Part shown: positions 27,166 to 37,556 of the stretch, piece by piece | Layout: each line of letters begins with the position of its first letter | How positions within the stretch are numbered: the first letter of the stretch is position 1 | DNA from: Mobula hypostoma | Lineage: Eukaryota | Reading direction: 5' to 3' | Length of the DNA: 64,000 nt | Assembly: GCF_963921235.1 (NCBI RefSeq) | Contig: NC_086097.1 | Location: forward strand, 137,518,001-137,582,000 | Translations under genes and position numbers: made by a program | Notes under the pieces: generated by a model | Seen by the model: the letters and a program-made list of their open reading frames with translations, nothing else | What the model was told of the DNA's origin: nothing | Database searches by the model: none

Positions 27166-29828
27166 CTTAAAAACAGCAAAGGCATAAATAATAAGTAGAA
27201 AAATAAATTAGGCTCACCTAATACCTGCATAAACATAAATTAGACTAAATTAAAATTAAATATTAAGGAATCTCGAGCCCTCAGAATAAAATCACATTGG
27301 GATTTTTCATAACACAATGTAGATTGTACCAAGAAACTTGTTTTTCACATGAATTCTGTGGGAGTAAATCTAATTCTGTTTTTCAAATTTTCTGTGCAGT
27401 GATGTGTGCATTTCAAGAGAGTGTATTTCTGTAACTCAGATGGCTGTAAAATTGGTGTGTGTGGCCAGGGCTGGCGGGGGGGGGGGGCAGAGTCACCTCT
27501 ATTACATTTTCAACATCCTCGAGAAAATGGAGGTAAGCAACATATCCATGTGATGTACCACCTACAGTGCAGCAACAGTGCAAGCTTGTCTAGAACATCG
27601 AGCTCCGAATCTTTTGGTTTACACTATTCAGGCAGTGAGCAAAGGCCAGCTTTCCCTTAGTTAAAATGGCAACAAGATATAATGATAACACATGCCATCC
27701 ATCTCTGCATGATTATTCTTCTAAATAGAGGGAAAAAAGCTCAAAAGGTCACAAAATATAGATCAATGTTGATTTCAGGCACACCAATCAGATCACCTCA
27801 AGGATGCTTATCAGAGAAGCATGCCATTTCCCGATGGGAGGAAGAAAGGGGAGGGAGGGGTTGGGTTTACTGGAGCGGCCATTTGTTCTAATAGATCCCG
27901 GATAGTCCACGATAATTCATACTATATTAAAATGAGCAAATGTAATTTGTGCACACGAAGCAAACACACAACTAGTAACGCAACAGCACCACCATCTGGA
28001 ACCCTGAACATCACCATAGTTAGTACATTCTCTGTCTAATACAAATTTCAGGGTATCAGAGGAATTCTGATGTTTTGACATACCTGCTCTGCTTTCACAA
28101 CTGCAGTATCTCAAAATTTGCTGGAGCTATGGACCTAATGTCCTCTTGTAGGAGGATGGCAACGTGCCTTCGGCCTCAGAAATACACATCCATCCATATC
28201 ATGCCTTTCTCTGCTAGACCAAAGAAGGATGACAAAGTACACACAAACTTAACTCTAGTGCTGAAGAGAGATAAAGGATGGCAGAATGTTCCATCCAGCC
28301 TGTCCTATGTATTTACAGTATCTAGAATTTAACAATATATACTCTGCAATCCACCCAAAACCATTAAGTTTTTGGGAAACAGACAAAAAAAGTTTTAAAA
28401 TCTTATGCCAGTTTGTAGTGTTCCTCTTTGACACCACCAAGCGACTGAAACAAGTTCAGAAGATTGCTCCAATACTAATTATTCTGTTTTTGTAATGGTG
28501 ATCTCATTAAAAGATGAAGGTGCTCGCTCTTGAAGGAGTATAGTGAATCAGCTTCCACTGGCACGAGATAGCAGCTACTTCTGCAATCTCTGCGAAAGGA
28601 ATCACCCTGAAAGTTTTCAAACAACTTAAGAGTTACCCCTGATTCTCCCTCATCCAGCTAGCTGGAATAGAAGTCTCAACCCACAGACAACCCATTCCTT
28701 TAATTACAAGGTGATCCTTGATCAAGACCCTCGATACCTTCTTCTCTCAATCCAGATGATCTAGTTTGATAACCAAATCACTTTGCCCAGAAAAGACATG
28801 AAATATTCATAGAAACAATGAATGGCAGAACTTTGTAAAACATTGGTTAGGCCTCAGCTGGAGGAGTATTGTGCCAAATTCTGAGCATAATAAGGAAGAT
28901 GGTTTACAGAACAATTACAGGATATAGAGAGAAAAATATGTGGTTGGATTTTAGAGAGATGTTCAAGATGATGAGGGGCAACGATAAAGAAATATAAACC
29001 ACTTCTAATAGCAGGATAATTGGTAACCAGAGGACACAGCTTTGTAATTGACAATTATCCTTTTGACAGGAGGTCAGACCTATCCATTCTCCATAACTTG
29101 TAATGCTCTGTTGCATCTCACTGTTACTGGGACATATACAAGGTTGGACATATAGAAGCACAGCCCCATCTAATAGTCAACATTTAACAAAATATCTACA
29201 ATGACATATGTACATATGAAGGACTATGACAAAAATATTATGCAAGCCTGCCCCAACAAAAGCAGGCAAAAAGAGTCCTACGCAAGGCCCAACAAAGATG
29301 ATAGGAGCCTGTTTGGAGGGTTAAACATTTCCAGATGGAAAAACAAATATTCATTTCATTCTGGCAATAATATGACGAGACAAAAATATTTTAATAAAAT
29401 CATTGCTGATTCTTTAAACCTGTAGCTAAAATAGAAAATGCTGTAATACTCATCAAGTCAGTCAATCTCTATAGATGAGTTTAGATATCAGTTGTGTGAC
29501 TGCCATCAAATTTTCAATGGAAAGATCTATATCACCAGCTTATCTTCCTTCTTTTCTTTCATAATGACTGTTCTGCTGAGTGATTCCATCATTTTGATTC
29601 CTCTTCCATTGTTGGGATCAAAAGTATGAAGTTAAAGAATCAATTTTTTTCCCCACAGAATGATATGGAAGTGATATGCACGTGACAGGGTAGGAAGCAG
29701 GGTCAGTAAGGGAGGAAGTAGTACTGCATCAGAAAGATTTGTGAACAATCCAACAGTATCCAAATCAATTGTTAATAAATTAAATCAATATGTTTCCATT
29801 TAATAACCTTGCATCAAAGTTAGTCACA

Positions 29829-30950
29829 ATCAGAATCAGGTTTATTATCACCAACATGTGACATGAAATTTGTTAACTTAGTGGCGGCAGTTCAATGCAA
29901 TACATAAGATAGAAGAGAAAAAATAATAATAAATGGATAAGTAAATCTTATTCAGTATACTTTATATAGTATACGTATATTGAATAGATTAAAAATCATG
30001 CAAAAAAAACAGAAATACTATATATTTAAAAAAAGTGAGGTAGTGTCCAAGGGTTCAATGTCCATTTAGGAATCAAATGGCAGAGGGGTAGCAGCTGTTC
30101 CTGAATCACTGAATGTGTTCCTTCAGGCTTCTTTACCTCCTGCCTGATGGTAACAGTGAGAAAAGGGCATGCCCTGGGTGCTGAATGTCCTTAATAATGG
30201 ATACTGCCTTTCTGAGACACCAGTCCTTGAAGATGTCCTGGGTACTTTGCAGGCTAGTACCCATGATGGAGCTGACTAAATTTACAACCCTCTGCAGTTT
30301 CTTTCGGTCCTGTGCAGTAGATTCCCCACCCCATACCAGGCAGTGATGCAGCCTGTCAGAATGCTCTCCACGGTACATCTATAGAAGTTTTTGAGTATAT
30401 TTGTTGACATCCCAAATCTCTTCAAACTCCTAATGAAGTATAGCCGCTGTCTTGTCTTCCTTATAACTGCATCAATATGTTGGGACCAGGTTAGATCTTC
30501 AGAGATCTTGACACCTAGGAACTTGAAACTGCTCACTCTCTCAACTTCTGATCCCACTATGAGGATTGGTATCTGTTCCTTCGTCTTACCCTTCCTGAAG
30601 TCCATAATCAGCTCTTTCATCTTACTGACGTTGAGTGTCAGGTTGTTGCTGCAGCACCACTCCACTAGTTGGCATATCTCACTCCTGTACGCCCTCTCGT
30701 CACCACCTGAGATTCTACCAACAAGGGTCGTATCATCAGCAAATTTATAGATGGTATTTGAACTATGCTTAGTCACACAGCCATGTGTATACAGAGAGTA
30801 GAGCAGTGGGCTAAGCACACACCCCTGAGGTGCACCAGTGTTGATCGTCAGCGAGGAGGAGACGTTATCACTAATCAACACAGATTGTGGTCTTCCAGTT
30901 GGGAAGTCGAGGATCCAACTGCAGAGGGAGGTACAGAGGCCCAGAGGCAT
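29829..30950 (-). mobile_element. 5'-truncated Rex1/Babar LINE (RT C-terminal half + 3' UTR)
   Basis: 222-aa ORF with [47 protein letters not shown]; (GATTCT)n tail at 29829-29840. Confidence 0.9.
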
Positions 30951-30954
30951 GCTT

Positions 30955-32285
30955 AAGTTTGTGGAATATTTTGAGGAAGGAACAAAGGGGTTGATGAGGA
31001 CAATCTGTTTGATGTAGTTTATATGGATTTTAGCTAAGGCTCATAATTGCCAATTGCAGCAATAACCGCAATCACCAAGACTGGGGGGTGTAGTGAACAA
31101 CAAGGAGCACTATTAAAACTTGCAGAAGAATCTGGACCAGCTAGAAAAATGGCAGATAAAATTTAATGCTGGCAAGTGTTGCACTTTGGGAGGATAAACC
31201 AGAGTAGGACTTACACAGTGAGTGGTAGGGCACTGTGGAACATGGTAGAACAAAGGGATCTGGGAATACAGATCCATAATTCCCTGAAGATGCCATCACA
31301 GGTAGATAGGGTTGTAAAGAGAGCTTTTGGCACATTGGCCTTCATTAATCAAAGTACTGAGTACAGGAGTAGGAATGTGATGTTGAGGTTGTATAAGACA
31401 TTGATAAGGCCCAATTTGGGGCATTGTGTGCAGTCCTGATCATATCCCTACAGGCAAGATGTAAATAAGGTTGAAAAAATACAGAGAAAATGTACAAGGA
31501 TAAGGAAAGATCGAATGGATTCAGACTTTATTCTTTGGAACATAAACGATTGAGGGGAGAATTGATGGAGGTATACAAAATTATGAGGCTATCGATTGGG
31601 TAAATGCAAGCAGGCTTTTTCCACTGAGATTGGGGTAATACTGAAACTAGAGGTCATGTGTTAAGAATGAAAGGTGAGATATTTAAGGGGAACATGAGGG
31701 GCAACTTCTTTGCTCAGAGGGTGGTGAGAGTGTGGAATGAGCTGCCAATGAAAGTGGTGAATGCAGGTTTGATTTCAACATTTAAAAGAAGAATTCGATG
31801 GGAGGGCTATGGTCCAGGTTCAGGTTGAAGGGACTAGGCAGAATAATAGTTGGGCACAAATGGACTGAAAGGCCTGTAGTTCTCTATGACTATGACTCTA
31901 TAAACCATGACATGGCAGCCTGACAAAAATTTAGAAGTCTGTGGGATCTAACAGAGAGTGGCAACCTGGATCCAGAATTGGCTCAGTGGCAGGATGCAAA
32001 GGGGAATCGCTGACAAGTGCTTTTGGAAGGTTGCTACCAGTGACATCCTACAAGGCTCAGCATTTGGTCCTTTACTTCTGTTGCACATATTAGCAATTTA
32101 GACCAAAACATAGGAGGTAATGATAAAGATTGCAGATGATATCAAACTTAGCAGTTTGGGAAGAAAACTTTAACCTGCAGGAAATATTGATGAAAGCATC
32201 ATTTAGTGGGGGACTGGCAAATATAATTTAATCCAGAGAAGGTTGGATCTATTTGGGAAGGTCCAACAAGACTACCAAATATACA
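30955..32285 (+). mobile_element. Degenerate CR1 RT/3' fragments
   Basis: HFGRINQSRTY...EQRDLG...LYKTLIRPNLGHCVQ and a CR1-type tail near 31880-31900. Confidence 0.75.
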
Positions 32286-32747
32286 ATGCAATCAGAATCA
32301 GGTTTATCATCACTGATAATGTGAAATTTGTTGTTTTGCAACAGCAGTACAGAGCAAGACAAAACATTACTATAAGTTACAAAAATAGTGCAAAAGAGGG
32401 ATAGTGAGGTAGTGTTCATGGACCATTCAGAAATCTAGTGGAGGAGGGGAAAAAGTTGTTCCTAAAACGTTGAGTGTTGATCTTTAGGCTCGTGCATCTC
32501 CTCCCTGATGGCAGTAACATGAAGAGGGCATGGGTAAGGGGCTTCAATGATGGATCGCACCTTCATTGGACATCGCCTCTTTAAGACGTCTTCCATAGTG
32601 GAGAAGGATGTGTCCTTGATGGGACTGGCTGAGATGGTGTGCAATAAGCAGTACTCAGAAACAAAGGGACCCTCAAGTGCACATCCAAAGATCCTTAAAA
32701 GTAGCAGGACCAGTCAATAAGGTAATTAAAAAGATACAGAGGATAGT

Positions 32748-34900
32748 CAGGGGCGGCACTAAGGTGGTGCTAGCTGGTGCTATAGCCCCAGCAGAAATTG
32801 CAATAGCACCAGCGTAGCACCACCAAGAAATTAACTGAAATTTCATATACAAATTGCAGCTGCTTTGCTTTTTCTGTATAGTTTTGAATACAGCTTGTTT
32901 CTCCAGTTGATCCAGTGAAACAGCGCCCCCAATTACCATAGCACACACACAGCAATAAAGTTATAAACTCTGTCAGATCCACTCTACACTTCTTATTATT
33001 CGTTCGTTGTCAATGTCTTGTCCTCAGATCAGTTAAGCTGATCTAAGATCACTTAAGGTGGTGATGTCACTCACCCTCACTCGCTAAAGATTGCTAGTAT
33101 ATATCCAGGCGCAGATCCATGGTCTCGCGAGACTATCGGATGCCCCACACACACACGCATTGTGCTTTTTCCAAGCTAGCATGGGCCTGGAACATACATT
33201 ATTTTGGCCGGCGTGAAAAATGGATCGATTTTTAGTGAAAAAATGGCCTTATCCAGAGGAATCAGTGGTGTCTCAGCCTGAGTATGTCTTAATTGAAAGT
33301 GACATGCAGAAAGAAGTAAGTGGGGATGAGGACGACAGCAGTTCATCGAAGGAATGTGAGGGCGAAGTACAGGAACAAGAAATGGAGCGGGATTCGGAAC
33401 ATAACATAGATGAAGCTGCTTAGTGCTAGTGGGAATACTGTTAGCGATGTTAGCCAGCAGCCTGAGGAAGGACCCCATTGACCAGCATTGAAAAAGTACC
33501 CTTCGCTGCTCACAACAGTTTGGCAATCAGCAAAGGAGTTTTATTCGTGGCTGGTTTGACTGACTGGAATATTCGATCACGAAAGATACTACGTTCTGCT
33601 TCACATGCAGGCATTTCCTGTGTGGAGGACATGGGTTCCATTCTGAGACTACCTTCACTATCACCGGTTACCGCAACTGGCAGAAAGCTACAACAGCTTT
33701 CAAAACCCACCATGTAAATGCAGTTCATAAGTTTGCTATGGAGGCATGGGCTGAATTCAGATTGAGAAAACAAGACAGTTCAAGATTGGGAAATATGCTT
33801 GAGAAAGGACATGCAAGGATTGTCCAAGAAAATCGTGAGTATACGAGAGCTGTGGTTGAGTCTCTAGCAATGACAGACAGTGAATGACACAGTGGAATTT
33901 CTAGCTCCAATGAGACCCTACCGCGATGCATTTATAGATTTATACAAACTAATCTGCATATTACTGACTACCTGTGACATCTGCCTCATGCAAACGGAGT
34001 TTCTCTTGCCTCAGACGCCTCAAAAACTACCTAAGGAATAGCAGCAGCGATGCTCGGAACAGCAACTTGGCCCTGTTGGCCATAAACAGCCGGAGGACCA
34101 AAGCACTTGACATCCAGAAAATCATTGATGCTTTCACCACCAATCACAACAACAGAAGGATTGTGCTTCTCTAAAAACATCAATGGTGAGTGCAGTTGAT
34201 TTTTTTTTAAAAATTTGGGCCAAGACTAATGCTGATTATTATTATTTTGTGGCGGATACCCCATAGTCCTTATGTTTCCTGCAAATCCTAAACTATTACA
34301 TTTACTGCTATTAAGCCTGCTGGTTTTGCTTAGACTTCCAAGCAGTGATTCTGTTGATTTTTGTTTTAAATTCAGTAGCCGAATTAATTGAGGTATTGCA
34401 TGGTCAGAGTACGATTTGTCCAACTCCTGGTAAAGCCTTGCACCTGTTGTTTGCCTTATTTAACTTCAATAACAGTGTATCTTTTGGCATTGTCTGTCTA
34501 TGTAATGCAAATAGCAGTGGACATTGTGGGTTAGTGTTGTGTTTTTCAGTTGAAAAGCACGCATTTGACGCTGATTGTGGGATTGGTGTGTGATTCACGT
34601 TGCGCGCTGTGGGTCAGATGCTCTGTTGGTTTGTTTGTTTATGCTCTGTGTAGCCCGGGTTGTCTCCGATGCTGTTGACACTGTCACAGTTCACTTCTAT
34701 ATTAGATCTATCAATTGCTGTTGTTTGTGAATCAACAGAGGCATTTATAGTAGGCACATAATGCTTGAAACTGACTTTTGAACGCCACGTGTCTGGCCTT
34801 GCGAATACATATTACCATAGGGTACATCCCTCAGCACCATCACTGAATGATTCAGCCCCACTGTAGCACCAGCAAGAAAAAATCTCTGGCGCTGCCACTG
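32748..34900 (+). mobile_element. Internally deleted hAT DNA transposon (Tip100/Zaphod-like)
   Basis: CAG-initial imperfect TIRs; 8-bp TSD AGGATAGT (32740-32747) / AGAATAGT (34901-34908); TTF-type zinc finger remnant (LEYS...FCFTCRHF...GYRNWQKA) and hAT dimerisation domain TSASCKRSFSCLRRLKNYLR (33974-34174). Confidence 0.88.
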
Positions 34901-35369
34901 AGAATAGTTCCTTTATTAGGTGAGGCATACTACATAAAAGTGGGGAGGTTATGTTCTGGTTAGGCCACAGATGATGATCTGTACAGTTCCAGTAACCGTA
35001 AGTGACAAATTACAAACCTGCATTGTGCAAGGATATGGATGTGATTAGCAAGGATGCTGTCAGGACAGATCAATAGTAAGAAATAGAGACTGGATTAGTG
35101 AAGGTTGTTTTCTTTGGAACTGAGGAAGCTGAGAGGAGACTTAAATATGTAATATTTGGAAAGGCTTATTTTGAGTTAATTGAAAGGAAATATTTTTCCG
35201 GAGGAGCTACAAATAATTGTTATGCAGAGTGCAGGAGGAATCGGGAACTGAACGGTTTAAACGATGATAAAGATAGCAACCTTAAGCAAATTAAAAATAT
35301 ACTTGGAAGTTCTGAGAGCTGAGACTCTTATTGACTATGTCAGTAAAAGAACCAACCAGTAGCAAGATC

Positions 35370-35970
35370 CAAGTTGCGCAGTCTCTGACGTCACGTTATA
35401 GTCAATGTTACCATTGCATCATCGATGACGCCACGATTTACCGCTCCGTCTCCGCATCGGCCGGATTTCGGGAAGTGCCACTGTAATAGGAATTACCACT
35501 GGGGGAGGGTGACTGCAAATAAACGGAAAGGGGGATTAAGTACGAGAGCAGGGAAAGTCACCCCGTTTGGTCAGGTTTCTAAATAGAGCAAAAACTCGAG
35601 TAAGACACGAAGGTCGACCCACCTTTTTATATTTTGTACCGTTAAGGGTGGGCCTCTCGCACCGACATAGCGCTGCCAAGGCCCGGCCCCCTGCCCCCTG
35701 CCCCCCTCTTGCCACCGTGACTCGGGACGGGACGGGCCGGGCCGGGTGGTGACGCCACCGGGAGGCGGTGACGGCAGACTCCGGACAACATGGCGGCTGA
35801 GTCATCAGGAGCGGGGCTGTGAGTAAACAAGCCGACTCCGCGTTGCGGCGGGCTCCTAGGGGCTTGGTCGCTGGGCAGAATGGATGGCAATAGCCCAACA
35901 GGCGGGGCTGCGGTTACAGGGGCGGGCGGCAGATATCCGCGATCGGTGGCGCAGGCTGAGCCGACGCCCT
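35370..35970. promoter_or_regulatory. CpG-island promoter of ABHD5
   Basis: Densest GC/CpG-rich non-repeat stretch in the window, spanning exon 1. Motifs: CRE TGACGTCA 35386-35393, ATTGCATCA 35413-35421, TGACGCCA 35426-35433 and 35750-35757, ETS-type GGAAGTG 35471-35477, YY1-type AACATGGCGGC over the ATG. Confidence 0.85.
35790..35818 (+). CDS. ABHD5: ABHD5 coding exon 1 (MAAESSGAG-L)
   Basis: ATG in good Kozak context (ACAACATGG) inside the CpG island; donor CT|GTGAGT at 35819; phase 2 matches exon 2; MAAE start as in human ABHD5. Confidence 0.85.
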
Positions 35971-36319
35971 TTACACCGTGTACAGTGATGGAGTGGGACT
36001 AGCAATGTATAACACATAGTTACCACACCGAGTTATATCGTACACAGCAATGTTGCATTTATAACATACAGTAACACAGAGAGTTGGGCTGTTTACATCA
36101 TTTACAGCAGTACTGTACTGTGGAAACAACTGTGTTGAGAACTATAGAGTGGGACTGAGCCTATGGCATTTGTATAATTCACGTATTGGTTCTTAGTATA
36201 TGATCTTTAGGTAACAGGAACACCCACAGAGTGATAGCTTTTATAAAGGTACACAGCACAAGAAAGTCAAGATTGTTTAATATCAGTTCCAGTACACAAG
36301 TGTAAAGGAAAATGAAATA

Positions 36320-37556
36320 CAGTAGATTGAGGTTATTGGGCCATCGGTTAATCAGGGCAGCCGTTTAGTTGAGGCAACTCTTAAGGAACAAAAACAAATT
36401 GAGAAAATGGCTGGAACTTTCTTTGTTTACAGGCTGCTTAATTGCGACAGCAGACTCTTGCCGAACATACTCTAACCAGCATGAGTCACATACGTGGTGT
36501 GTGACCATTAGACTTGGAGTGTACAGTTTTTAAATAGCATCAGTTGTATGTGTTTGTGTTCAGAAAGCAGTGATTTCTGTCACTGATAGTTGACGAGAAA
36601 TAAGCAATAAGGCAACTCAGAACTGTTTTGCTCGCTGCGGTTTTAGGCATTCAGACTTGGAAATGTCAAACAGCCAGAAGTGAAAATGAAACAATTTCAC
36701 TACTTCATCAAGTTATGAACTTGAAGGTACTGAGAATGATTTTGGCTGTTACCTCTGGTCCCTGCCCGACACTCAGCTCTCACCTGTACTCCATGTAGTT
36801 GTTTTGCATGCAACCGCATCCACACCCTGGCATACTGCTTCGACAGGCGGGCTAAACTGGGTGAGGGTAGCTGGCAGGTCATACACCCCGGTAAGTAGGG
36901 ACATGCCTGTCCTGGCATGTGAAGTCAGCTCCTGCGGACTGGCAGATGAGATCTACGGTGAGATCCAACAGCCAGGAAGGCAGTTCTACAATGATACGTG
37001 GAGAGCGAAGGGCATGAGGAGGCACAGAAGCCGTGGTCACCCACTGCACCCAGGGGAGTCTCCAGTTGTGATGTCTACTTATTCCATTGGACTTGGACTT
37101 CCGAGGTCGAGAAAGTGGAACTGCCCCAATGGCTTTTCCACTTAAAACTCTCCCACACAGGTTTTCATCGTCAGATACAACAGACAACTACCCGTAGTAT
37201 TGGTAAAAACTCTCCCACACAGGTTTTCATCGTCAGATACAACAGACAACTACCCGTAGTATTGGTAAAAACTCTCCCACACAGATTTTCATCGTCAGAT
37301 ACAACAGACAACTACCCGTAGTATTGGTTAAAAACTCTCCCACACAGGTTTTCATCGTCAGATACAACAGTATTGGTAGTGTTCTAATTTGTTCTGTAGT
37401 TCATTTAAGTACATAATTTGTTACTCAGTTAAACTGTAGCTTGTCTTTTTTTATTCCTTTTTAGCTACATCCATGAAACTAGCTGAATAGGGCAGCCACT
37501 TAATTAGGCCAAAATGTACCGATCCCGATGTGCTTCGATGTAACCGGGATCTACTG
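36320..37556. mobile_element. Second Tigger/pogo-like MITE copy, carrying an internal insertion (~36750-37370)
   Basis: TA-flanked CAGTAGATT...GATCTACTG; interior aligns with 12171-12927; it splits a Rex/Babar-type 3' end (~36265-36319 and ~37557-38175, minus). Confidence 0.75.
37144..37378. repeat. Tandem repeat, 62-bp unit, ~3.7 nearly identical copies
   Basis: CTCTCCCACACAG recurs at 37148, 37210, 37272 and 37335. Confidence 0.95.

Noticed and set aside
28393..28450. Minus-strand SLGGVKEEHYKLA resembling ANO10 N-terminal VKEETKEWL
   Set aside because: Immediate stop codon, only four matching residues, and no PLVV motif in frame.
33122..33133. Palindrome GTCTCGCGAGAC containing the BANP/ZBTB33-type promoter motif
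   Set aside because: It lies inside the hAT element within a ~45-nt segment followed by (CA)n that looks like a retroposon tail, 2.6 kb from exon 1; no support as an ABHD5 element.
33974..34174. ZMYM1-like or other domesticated hAT gene
   Set aside because: Enclosed by TIRs and TSD, core deleted, stop codons in the zinc-finger region.
35536..35898. Minus-strand 120-aa ORF over the promoter
   Set aside because: GC-rich CpG-island artefact with no recognisable domain.
37144..37378. CRISPR-like array
   Set aside because: Units are contiguous with no unique spacers, there are no cas genes, and the context is eukaryotic.
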